This document shows, one piece after another, positions 27,802 to 36,624 of a stretch of 64,000 bases of DNA. Position 1 is the first letter of the stretch. Every line of letters begins with the position of its first letter. A program made the position numbers and the translations under genes. The notes below the pieces were generated by a model, which worked only from the letters and a program-made list of their open reading frames with translations, had not been told where the DNA came from and did not search any database. This DNA is from a bacterium. GTDB taxonomy: Bacteria > UBA10199 > 2-02-FULL-44-16 > JAAZCA01. The DNA lies in contig CAXXGI010000001.1 in the NCBI GenBank assembly GCA_963674695.2, positions 768,001 through 832,000 on the forward strand, read 5' to 3'.

Positions 27802-28539
27802 TCACTCGCCTTTATGCAATTCCATCAGGCGTTTGAGCGCCGGGGCGTAGCGCTTGGCGAGCGCATCGCGCTCGGTGAGTTCCGGGACGTTGCTCATCGT
27901 GACGAAGGGAACAGCCGTCCCCTTCACGTCGATGGTGCCGTCCGGACAATTGTCGGTGAGTTTTGCCCAGTCGTCGATGGAATAGAAGACATCCATCGTC
28001 TCGCGCGGCACCATGTGGGCGAGGATCGAATGCTTCTGTTTCTCCTCATAGCGCGCCACGTTGCGCCGCCAGCTCTCCTCGAAGTCGACCGAGACATAGA
28101 GGATCGCCGCGCGCTGGAGAATTTCTTTCGAGAGCCGGGAGAGCGCATGCCGATAGCCATCTTCGCCGCCGCGCGCAAACTCGATGATGAGCGTGCCATC
28201 GTTATAGAACTCCGGACGCGAAAGATAGCGCTCGGCCGTCTCATGGTTGAAACGCGTGAACATGAGTTCGAAGAGATTCGGTTCCTGATCGGGAATCATG
28301 CCGTAGTTCTCTTCATAGCGCTTGGAATAGAGGCGCGGCAGACCCGTCTCTTCCCAGAGATCGTCCTCCAGAAATTTCTCCCAAAGCCAGACGAAGTCGT
28401 CGAGTTCATCGAAACGACCGATGGAATAATCCTTCGCTCGCTCGGCATCACTCGTCTTCTTCATGAAGTCGATGAACTCGGATTTGCCCGCCGCGGGACG
28501 GCCCAGCAGAAGCAGATGGTCAAATGTGCGTGTCATCAT
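27802..28539 (-). CDS. P-loop NTPase of unknown function (paralog 1)
   Basis: Walker A GRPAAGKS; DDFVWLWEKF, IIEFARGG, AAILYV, RRN.ARY shared with paralog 2. Confidence 0.8.
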   Translation of the reverse strand: MMTRTFDHLLLLGRPAAGKSEFIDFMKKTSDAERAKDYSIGRFDELDDFVWLWEKFLEDDLWEETGLPRLYSKRYEENYGMIPDQEPNLFELMFTRFNHETAERYLSRPEFYNDGTLIIEFARGGEDGYRHALSRLSKEILQRAAILYVSVDFEESWRRNVARYEEKQKHSILAHMVPRETMDVFYSIDDWAKLTDNCPDGTIDVKGTAVPFVTMSNVPELTERDALAKRYAPALKRLMELHKGE

Positions 28540-30281
28540 TTCTCCTTTTCGTTTGAACCGAGGATCCTGGCCAATTGTAAGAGGGCCGAGATATTATGTT
28601 GGACGTAGTCGATGCGAATCTCGAACCCCGTGAGACTCTCGCGAAACGCTCCCATCGCCCGCTCGGGGTCGTGCATGAACATCGCCCACTCCGGATCAAA
28701 CTGGGTTTGCAGCTCAAATGCAACCCCTCGATTGATCGCTGTCAGAATCGTCTTCGCCTGCTCGGCACGTCCCGCATCCTGCGCCATCTGCCAAGCCGCG
28801 GCAAGCCCCTCCGAACGAATGGCCGTCGGCGTCGAGCGCGGCGGTTTGTAGTAGCTGCCCAACCAATCCGGGTACCGTGGCTTCCGGTTCTGCCGCGCAA
28901 CGATAGCACCTGCAATCTTCATCGCATGATCGAGATAGAGCTGCTTCGGCCGATGGCGGTAGAGGGCACCGAACGCATAGAGCAGCCAGTGATCGTGATT
29001 GATCTTGGCCCTCGATTTTTCCACATCGCGCACGGTGATGAGCCAGCGCGCGCCGCGCTCGGCGGCGTCGATGAGCGCGGCATCTTTGGTCAGATCGTAG
29101 AGGCGCACGAGGGCCAGGAGCGCCTCGCCGGGATAATAGTCGGAGACAAAACCGGTCGCCGATTCTTCGGGCCAGAAGATCTTGTGCGGCTGAAATTTCC
29201 CGTCTGCATGTTGTTGTTCGAGGATCCACCGTGCGAGTTTTTCCATCAGGGGCAGATACTGCCGATCGCCCGTGATTTCCTGATATTGTGTCAGGGCGAC
29301 GATGGCCAGGGCGTTTCCGCCGAGCTTCACCTCACGGCGTTCAACGACACACAGCGCCTTCCCATCATTGCCACAGGGTTTCATTTGTTCGAGGAGAAAG
29401 GAGATGGCGCGCCGAACCGCACCGATGAGCGCCTCGTCATGCATCACGGCATAGAGTTCCCCCATCGCGAAGATCGTCCCGGCATGCCGCAGGATATTAT
29501 ATTTTGCAGGGACGATCCCCTCGACCGGCTCATAGATATAATCGAAGCGTCCATCCGCATGCGTGGCCTGCACGAGGTAGGCCCCAGCCCGCGTCGCCGA
29601 TGCGATGAGATCCTCGCGCGAAAAACCATCGAACGACCGATGGCCCCGATAGAGCGGCACCTCGACCTCCCCATCGGAAAAACCGCTGGCCGCTTGAAAA
29701 CTCCACGCCGCTTGTTTCAACCGCTCATCCGTTCGTTTCGGCTCCAATAGAAACGCCGATGGTCGCCAGGCCTGCGCCTCTTCGCGCGTGGTGGCCAGGC
29801 CCATGAGCCCCTGACGCACGAGCATGATCTGTGTTGGGTTTACCCGTCTCACCGCATTCGCCTGCGAAACGACGTCGACGAGAACCCACTGCACCGCATC
29901 CGTCTCGGTCTGTTTCGCCTGGAAGCGATCGATCGCATCCTGAAGGGCGCGGGCAAAGCCACGTCCCGATCCCAAAACGGTGATCGCACGAGTCTTTGCG
30001 CCACCCGCCGAGAGGAAGAGCATGCGTGGATCCCGCTCCTGCACAACATCGGGTGGCAACATCGACTGCAGGGACTGTCCGCGGGTAAAGACGTTGTGTG
30101 CCAGATGCGCCAGACGTGCAGCGGCCTTGTCGGTAAAAATCAATGGGCGTGTCAGATCATCGAACCAGATTTCACGAGAGCTGTTCTGCACCGGAAGGAG
30201 CAGCGCCAAAGCGATGGCGGCCAGGATCGCCCCCGCAGCCGCGAGGGAGAAGATGAGCGTTCGATGGCGCGATCGACTCAT
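28536..30281 (-). CDS. Membrane-anchored six-hairpin (alpha/alpha toroid) enzyme-like protein
   Basis: N-terminal TM; GRFDYIY, YNILRHAGT, KLGGNALA, YYPGEA, HDHW, RIDYVQH. Confidence 0.7.
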   Translation of the reverse strand: MSRSRHRTLIFSLAAAGAILAAIALALLLPVQNSSREIWFDDLTRPLIFTDKAAARLAHLAHNVFTRGQSLQSMLPPDVVQERDPRMLFLSAGGAKTRAITVLGSGRGFARALQDAIDRFQAKQTETDAVQWVLVDVVSQANAVRRVNPTQIMLVRQGLMGLATTREEAQAWRPSAFLLEPKRTDERLKQAAWSFQAASGFSDGEVEVPLYRGHRSFDGFSREDLIASATRAGAYLVQATHADGRFDYIYEPVEGIVPAKYNILRHAGTIFAMGELYAVMHDEALIGAVRRAISFLLEQMKPCGNDGKALCVVERREVKLGGNALAIVALTQYQEITGDRQYLPLMEKLARWILEQQHADGKFQPHKIFWPEESATGFVSDYYPGEALLALVRLYDLTKDAALIDAAERGARWLITVRDVEKSRAKINHDHWLLYAFGALYRHRPKQLYLDHAMKIAGAIVARQNRKPRYPDWLGSYYKPPRSTPTAIRSEGLAAAWQMAQDAGRAEQAKTILTAINRGVAFELQTQFDPEWAMFMHDPERAMGAFRESLTGFEIRIDYVQHNISALLQLARILGSNEKEK

Positions 30282-31540
30282 GTATCCTCCCCACGATAGA
30301 TGAAGCGACGCGCGAGGATCACCGCATGCATCTGATGCTGCGTCACATCGATGCGCAGGACCGGATCGTTTTTCGCGTTCATCACGCCGCCCACCGCACG
30401 CGGATCATCGGTCGGATGCTGACGCAGAAAACGATTGGCAATCTTGGAGTCCACCTGCCAGGTGGAGAGTTTGAAAAGGCCCCGGTCGACCACGCGCGCA
30501 AATGTTTCCTGCGCCGCCGCATCGTTTGTCAGGCGCGCCAGCTCCCAGGCCGTGATGATTCCCTCCTGGGCATAGGCGGTGTTCCTTCGGCGCGTGAGCG
30601 TGTGGTGCACATCAATCATCCAGTGGGCCAATGCGATGGAACGCTTTGCCCAGACCTCCGTGCCAGACCAATCGGCGCCAAAGATCTCATAAAAGGACAT
30701 CGTTCCCCACTGATAGAACCCCTTGGTCGTCGCGCTGTCCGGATCCCTTGCCAATGCGCGCTCGACGAAATCGCGATGCATCACCTCGGCCGATTCGAGC
30801 ACAACATCTTTCAGTGCATGATAGCCCGAATACCTTGCCGCACGGGCCATGGCGAGCAACGACTCGCCGTCGAAATAGGGAGAAGACCCACCCTTCCCGG
30901 CACCGTCCTCGATGGAATAGCGCTGATGAAAGTGGCCGTCCGGCATGCGCAGCGAGAGGAGAAAACGCAGATAGGCATCGCGATCCGCGGTGAGCTGCTT
31001 CCGGTTCGGAATGTCGCCGTCGCTGCGCAGAAAATCGATGTGCGCGAGCACGACGAGCGCCATCGTCCCGGTGCTGCCGACGCGTTCGTTCGGATAGACG
31101 ACATAGCGCCTCCCATCCTCGGTCACGCGCGAGTGTTTGCGAAAGAAGGCGAGCGCATCTCCAACGGCACGCGCGACATCGACCGACGGCCGATCCTGAT
31201 GGATGAGCGCGAGTCCCCACGCGGATCCCGCCTGTCGCACCTGACTGTCGCCGGGGATCTCTTTTTCGGAGACGAAGTCAAACTCATAGATGAAATTGCC
31301 CGCTTTTCTCTGACTGTTCAGGAGATAGCTTCGCCCCAGGTCGAGCGAGGCATCGAGGATCGTTCGTGTCAGTCGAGGAACAAAAGGGGGTGGCACTTCT
31401 TTCAATACCGATGCCGCAGACTTCGGCTTGGATGATCGAGGCGATTGTTGGTAGAGACACGCGCCAACTCGGACGAGAAAAAGAAACAGGACGATTACTG
31501 CCAAAACCCACCGTCCCCATGTCGGAATGCACAAACGCAT
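30278..31540 (-). CDS. Membrane-anchored six-hairpin (alpha/alpha toroid) enzyme-like protein, paralog
   Basis: N-terminal TM; GNFIYEF, VRQAGS, YFDGES, RIDVTQH match motifs of 28536-30281. Confidence 0.7.
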   Translation of the reverse strand: MRLCIPTWGRWVLAVIVLFLFLVRVGACLYQQSPRSSKPKSAASVLKEVPPPFVPRLTRTILDASLDLGRSYLLNSQRKAGNFIYEFDFVSEKEIPGDSQVRQAGSAWGLALIHQDRPSVDVARAVGDALAFFRKHSRVTEDGRRYVVYPNERVGSTGTMALVVLAHIDFLRSDGDIPNRKQLTADRDAYLRFLLSLRMPDGHFHQRYSIEDGAGKGGSSPYFDGESLLAMARAARYSGYHALKDVVLESAEVMHRDFVERALARDPDSATTKGFYQWGTMSFYEIFGADWSGTEVWAKRSIALAHWMIDVHHTLTRRRNTAYAQEGIITAWELARLTNDAAAQETFARVVDRGLFKLSTWQVDSKIANRFLRQHPTDDPRAVGGVMNAKNDPVLRIDVTQHQMHAVILARRFIYRGEDT

Positions 31541-31547
31541 TGAAATC

Positions 31548-33680
31548 CTATCGCTTCTCCTCCGGCACATCCTTCGAAGCATCGACGCCGCGGTCGCGGC
31601 GAGCCAGCACCTCGTCGGCGGGAGTGACTTTGAGCGAAATAGCACCGGTGGGGCACAGCGGCACACACTTGAGACAACCGTCGCAGCTCGATTGCTCCCA
31701 CGGCTTCTCCATCGCGGCCTTCATCGTCGCGGAGAAACCGCGGCCGACAAACCCCAAGGCGTCGAGCCCCTTTACCTCGGCACAGACGCGCACACAGCTC
31801 GCGCACATGATGCACTTGTGGGACTCATACCGAATGAGCGGATGACTCTCGTCGATGAAGAAATGGCGTTTTTCGCCCGCGAACCGCTCGGGTTCAACGG
31901 CGTATTCATCGGAGAGCTTGCGCAGCGTGCAGGAATCGAAGGAGCGACAGCCACAGGTGAGACAGCGTTCGGCTTCGCGCTGAGCATCTTCCGGCGTGAA
32001 CCCCAGCTCGACCTCATCGAAGGTGGCGATACGCTCTTTTGCCGGCAACTCCGGCATCTTCTGGCGGGGCTGATCCTCCTGCTCCACGCGCTCCTTGATC
32101 GCTGCCGGAACGTCGCGCCCCTCTTTTCCGATGAGGTGCCGATATCCCTGTCCCTCGCCAGTGATCTTTTTATTCGAAAAGAACTGGTCAATCGATGTAG
32201 CCGCCTTGCGACCCGCGGCGATCGCGGTGACCGCGATGTCCGCACCCGTGGCGCAGTCACCACCCGCGAAGACACCAGCCTTGCTCGTTTCGAAAGTTTC
32301 GGGATTCACATCGAGCGTATTCCACTTCGTGAGCGCGATGTCGTTCACCTCGGCATCAATGCCGCTTGGCTCGACGCCCTGACCGATGGCAGAGATAACA
32401 GCCGTTGCATTCACCGTAAATTCAGAACCCTCCATCGGTACCGGACGACGACGACCGGAGGCATCCGGCTCGCCCAATTCCATCTGGATGCACTCAAGCG
32501 CAACGCCCACCTTCGTCTTGGCCATCTTCACGGGTGCGGCGAGAAAGTGCATCTTCACACCCTCTTCGATCGCCGCTTCGATCTCCATCGCATCGGCGGG
32601 CATCTCTTCGCGCGTGCGGCGATAGAGGATCGTGACGTTTGTCGCGCCGAGGCGAAGGGATGTGCGCGCCGCATCGATGGCCGTATTTCCGCCGCCGACC
32701 ACGACCACGTCGTTGCCCACATCCACTTTTATGCCGCGGGCAACTTCATCCAGGAAGTGAATCCCCGGAAGCGCGCCGCCATCGTTTTCGCCTTCGACGC
32801 GCATGCTCGAAGGCTTCTGCGCCCCGATGGCGAGAAAGACCGCATCGTACTCCTTCGCGAGCGACTCCATCGTGAAGTCGCGGCCGAGGCGTTTATCACA
32901 TACGATCGACGTCCCCATCTGCTGGATGATGTCGATCTCTTTGGCCAAGATGTCGCGCGGCAGACGATAGGCGGGGATCCCCCAGCGCAGCATGCCGCCG
33001 GGCTCGGTGTTGGAATCAAACACGTCGACGGCGTGTCCCTTTTGGCGCAGGTAGAAGGCACAGGAGAGTCCGGCCGGGCCCGCGCCGACGACCACCACGC
33101 GTTTTCCCGTGTCGGCACCGGCCTGCGGCACATACGGATCGGGGCGACCGAGATCACCGTCGGCGATGTAGCGCTTGAGAAAACAGATGGAGACGGCGTC
33201 ATCCGCACAGGTACGACGGCACTCGCGCTCGCAGGGGCGCGGACAGACGCGACCGAGCGATGCCGGAAACGGGAGTGTCTCCTTGATGAGCCGAAGCGCA
33301 TCGGCGGTATTTTTCTGCGCGAGCAACGAGATGAACCCGGGGATATCGATCCCGGCGGGACAGGTCACCTGGCAGGGACCACGGCAATCGCCGACGTGAT
33401 CGGAGAGCAGAAGCTCCACGCAGACCTTGCGCGAGACGCGCACGCGCTCGGAGTTTGTCTGAATCGTCATCCCCTCGGCGATCAGGGTCGCGCATGATGG
33501 AACCAAGCGATTCATCCCCTCCACCTCGACCACGCAGATGAAGCAAGAGCCGTAGGGCTTGAGCTCGTCGTGAAAACAGAGCGTCGGGATCTCGATGCCC
33601 GCGCGCTTGGCGACGTCGAGAATCGTTTCGCCGGGATTGGCATCCAGCACACTGCCATCGATGGTTACGTGAAAGGACAT
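31548..33680 (-). CDS. Fe-S/FAD NADPH oxidoreductase (BfuA/NfnA-like: NuoG-type N-terminus, GltD/NfnL core, 2x[4Fe-4S])
   Basis: IPTLC...SCFICVV...SC [2Fe-2S]; ELLLSDHVGDC; GRVCPRPCEREC; GAGPAG; GGGNTA...YRR; KCIMCASCVRVC; CDGCLKCVPLCP. Confidence 0.88.
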   Translation of the reverse strand: MSFHVTIDGSVLDANPGETILDVAKRAGIEIPTLCFHDELKPYGSCFICVVEVEGMNRLVPSCATLIAEGMTIQTNSERVRVSRKVCVELLLSDHVGDCRGPCQVTCPAGIDIPGFISLLAQKNTADALRLIKETLPFPASLGRVCPRPCERECRRTCADDAVSICFLKRYIADGDLGRPDPYVPQAGADTGKRVVVVGAGPAGLSCAFYLRQKGHAVDVFDSNTEPGGMLRWGIPAYRLPRDILAKEIDIIQQMGTSIVCDKRLGRDFTMESLAKEYDAVFLAIGAQKPSSMRVEGENDGGALPGIHFLDEVARGIKVDVGNDVVVVGGGNTAIDAARTSLRLGATNVTILYRRTREEMPADAMEIEAAIEEGVKMHFLAAPVKMAKTKVGVALECIQMELGEPDASGRRRPVPMEGSEFTVNATAVISAIGQGVEPSGIDAEVNDIALTKWNTLDVNPETFETSKAGVFAGGDCATGADIAVTAIAAGRKAATSIDQFFSNKKITGEGQGYRHLIGKEGRDVPAAIKERVEQEDQPRQKMPELPAKERIATFDEVELGFTPEDAQREAERCLTCGCRSFDSCTLRKLSDEYAVEPERFAGEKRHFFIDESHPLIRYESHKCIMCASCVRVCAEVKGLDALGFVGRGFSATMKAAMEKPWEQSSCDGCLKCVPLCPTGAISLKVTPADEVLARRDRGVDASKDVPEEKR

Positions 33681-33703
33681 GGGTGCTTCTCCTCATGAAA
33701 CGC

Positions 33704-33830
33704 TAGACAAGCCAGTCAAGCCAGTCAGGCGAGAAAGGTTGACGGCATAGATTAACATCGATTGTGCCAGACTAGCCTGTCTAGCCTGACTGGCCTGTCT
33801 AGCCTGACTGGCCTTTCTCGCTTGTCTCGC
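33704..33830. repeat. Inverted 9-mer tandem-repeat element (AGCCAGTCA/TGACTAGCC), second copy at 41815-41910
   Basis: gccagtcaggcgagaaaggttgacggca at about 33720 is 27/28 identical to the reverse complement of the segment in 41857-41884. Confidence 0.85.
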
Positions 33831-33831
33831 G

Positions 33832-36141
33832 TCATTTTACGTTTACCGCATCCACCGGGCAGGCCTGCATGCATGCCCCGCAGCGCGTGCACTTATCCTG
33901 ATCGATGAGGTGGATTTTTTTCTTCTCGCCCGTAATCGCACCGACGGGACAGGCCTTGATGCAGGCACCGCAACCGATGCAGGTATCGGCGATCGTATAC
34001 GTGATGAGCGCGCGGCATTTTCCCGCAGGACATTTGCCCTCGTTGATGTGCGCCTCATACTCCTCGCGGAAATAGCGAATGGTGGTGAGCACCGGATTGG
34101 GCGCGGTCTGCCCCAGGGCGCAGAGGCTCGCATCCTTGATACGCTCCGCCAGTTCCTCGAGCAGCTCCACATCCCCGGGCCGCCCCTCCCCCTCGGTGAT
34201 ACGCGTGAGGACCTCGAGCATCCGGCGCGTGCCGATCCGGCAGAAGGTGCACTTGCCGCAGCTCTCGTTCTGTGTGAAATCGAGGAAGAATTTGGCGATA
34301 TCCACCATGCAGGAGCGGGTGTCCATGACGACCATGCCGCCCGAACCCATGATGGCGCCGGTCGCATTCACCGCATCGTAATCGACCACCGTGTCCATGA
34401 GGGATGCCGGGATGCAGCCGCCGGAAGGACCGCCCAGCTGTACCGCCTTGACCGGAAGTCCTGAAGCCGTCCCGCCGCCGATCTCCTCGATCACCTCGCG
34501 CAGCTGCACCCCCATGGGCACTTCGACCAAGCCGCCGCGCTTGATGTCGCCGGCGAGCGCAAAGACCTTGGTCCCCTTGCTCTTGTCCGTCCCCATCGCC
34601 GAATAGGCCGCCGCCCCATTGGTGATGATCCACGGGACATTGGCGAAGGTCTCAACGTTGTTGATATTCGTGGGCTTGCCCCACAGCCCGGAGTTGGCTG
34701 GAAACGGCGGGCGAATGCGCGGCATCCCGCGATTGCCCTCGATGGAAGCGATGAGTGCGGTCTCTTCCCCACAGACGAACGCACCCGCACCCTCCTTGAC
34801 GAGCACCTCAAAGGCAAATCCGGAACCGCAGACGTTCGAACCCAGATACCCCTTCTGCGCCGCCTGCTCGATGGCGATATTGAGGCGCTTGACCGCCAGC
34901 GGATATTCCGCGCGACAATAGATATAGCCCTTGCTCGCCCCAATGGCGAAGGCGGCGATCACCATCCCTTCGAGCACGCGATGCGGATCGCTCTCCAGGA
35001 CCGAGCGATCCATGAAGGCACCTGGATCGCCCTCATCAGCGTTGCAGATGAGATATTTTTCATCGCCCGCGGCCTTGCGCGCGAAGCCCCACTTCAGCCC
35101 CGTGGAAAATCCCGCGCCGCCGCGACCGCGCAGGCCCGCAATTTTTACCTCGTCGATGATCGCCTCGGGCGTCATGGAGGAAACCGCTTTTGTAAGCGCC
35201 GTATACCCGCCGACCGCTTCATAGTCGGCGATCGATTCCGGGTCGATGCGCCCACAGTTTTCCAAGACGATGTGACGCTGCTTGGCGAAAAAGGCATGCT
35301 CATCGCTCTCTTCGCTGGTCTCATCGATCACATTCTTCTCGACCACATGGCCCTTGCCGATGTGTTCGATGAGAATCTTCTTGGCCACCGAGGCGAGAGC
35401 ACCGCCGTAGGTCGTGCTCGTCCCGTCGCGCGCCGTCAGGATGACGAGCGGCTCACGATGACACATGCCGCAACAGCCGGTCTCGCGAAGTTCATAGGAG
35501 AGGTTGAAGCGCGCCTTGGCCGCCTTGAAAAATTCGAATGTCTCGCGCGCGCCACCGGCGATGCCGCAGCTGCCCAGACCCACCGTCACCGTCGTGATCG
35601 TTCCCTCGCCCAGATCCTTCGGATCGAACACGACGCCCTCGACGGGATCGGCATCGGCAGCACCGCCACCGGCATCCTTCTCGCGATAGAGAGAGACGAT
35701 CTTCGGCGCCTTCGTGCGCGAGAGGTTTCCGTGGACGTCCTCATCGACCATCGCCACGGGGGCGAGCGAACAGCACCCGAGGCAGGCGACCGACTCGACG
35801 GTGAAGGCGCGATCCTCGCTCGTTCCGCCGGACGCCGGAAGATCGAGCGCCTCACCGAACGCCTCGGAGATGCCCTGGGCGCTGGCGACGTGGCAGGCCG
35901 TTCCATGGCAGACCTTGATGATGTGGCGCCCCACCGGATGCAACCGAAACTGCGTATAGAAGGTGGCTACCCCATAGATCGTGGCAGCGGGCATGCCCGT
36001 TTTCTCCGCGATATATTCGAGGGCTGAGCGGGGCAAGTACCGCAGTTGCCGCTGAACCTCCTGCAGAAGCGGAATGGTGGAGGCGGGTTTGGAGCCGCAC
36101 TTCGAGATGGCGGCATCGACGACACTGCGATCGAATTCCAT
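33832..36141 (-). CDS. NuoE-NuoF (HydC-HydB / BfuC-BfuB) fusion flavoprotein
   Basis: VCHGTACH...CLGCC (NuoE); GLGSCG...GCCGMC; GLRGRGGAGF, NADEGDPGAFMDR, CGEETALI, GGPSGG, ESCGKCTFC, two C-terminal [4Fe-4S] motifs. Confidence 0.92.
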   Translation of the reverse strand: MEFDRSVVDAAISKCGSKPASTIPLLQEVQRQLRYLPRSALEYIAEKTGMPAATIYGVATFYTQFRLHPVGRHIIKVCHGTACHVASAQGISEAFGEALDLPASGGTSEDRAFTVESVACLGCCSLAPVAMVDEDVHGNLSRTKAPKIVSLYREKDAGGGAADADPVEGVVFDPKDLGEGTITTVTVGLGSCGIAGGARETFEFFKAAKARFNLSYELRETGCCGMCHREPLVILTARDGTSTTYGGALASVAKKILIEHIGKGHVVEKNVIDETSEESDEHAFFAKQRHIVLENCGRIDPESIADYEAVGGYTALTKAVSSMTPEAIIDEVKIAGLRGRGGAGFSTGLKWGFARKAAGDEKYLICNADEGDPGAFMDRSVLESDPHRVLEGMVIAAFAIGASKGYIYCRAEYPLAVKRLNIAIEQAAQKGYLGSNVCGSGFAFEVLVKEGAGAFVCGEETALIASIEGNRGMPRIRPPFPANSGLWGKPTNINNVETFANVPWIITNGAAAYSAMGTDKSKGTKVFALAGDIKRGGLVEVPMGVQLREVIEEIGGGTASGLPVKAVQLGGPSGGCIPASLMDTVVDYDAVNATGAIMGSGGMVVMDTRSCMVDIAKFFLDFTQNESCGKCTFCRIGTRRMLEVLTRITEGEGRPGDVELLEELAERIKDASLCALGQTAPNPVLTTIRYFREEYEAHINEGKCPAGKCRALITYTIADTCIGCGACIKACPVGAITGEKKKIHLIDQDKCTRCGACMQACPVDAVNVK

Positions 36142-36240
36142 CGGAAAATCCTCGCGTTGGGGAGGGAAAAACAGGGCCGTTGCATAACGCGCACCCTCCC
36201 CATTGTCAATTGCAGCACCGCGAATGATCCGGCTGCCTGC

Positions 36241-36455
36241 CACGCCCTCCTTCCCTTCGTCGCAGAAGTGAAACATCATCCGCCAGTGTGTTTTGCGGGG
36301 ACCGCCGTCTCGGCTTACACGCCGCCTCGACGGCTTTTTCTTCTTTCATCGCAGCATTATAGGCTTCGATCGCGATGAAAGAAGAGATCCCCTACAAACA
36401 CACTGACGGACGATGTCTTCAAGAGATCTTAGGCTCCTCCGAGAAGGAGGCCGTG
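36241..36455. mobile_element. Long nested palindrome (MITE-like) containing the 47-bp repeat
   Basis: IR pairs cacgccctccttc/gaaggaggccgtg, acatcatccgccagtgtgttttgcgggga/tcccctacaaacacactgacggacgatgt and ttctttcatcgc/gcgatgaaagaa. Confidence 0.6.
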
Positions 36456-36490
36456 GCAGGCTTAGAGGACAGTTCGTGTGTAACAATCAA

Positions 36491-36525
36491 GGATGGATCC
36501 CCGATTCAAACACTCGGGGATGACA
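36491..36525. repeat. Half copy of the TGTCAT...ATGACA REP-like element
   Basis: atccccgattcaaacactcggggatgaca; similar loop in the 61233 copy. Confidence 0.55.
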
Positions 36526-36624
36526 ACATAAACAGAAGACCATGATCCAACCGGTCGCATTGCTGCTGTGCTTGACCGCCCCTCCCAAATCCACCACACT
36601 GCGCGGCGAGGAGAATGGGAACCG

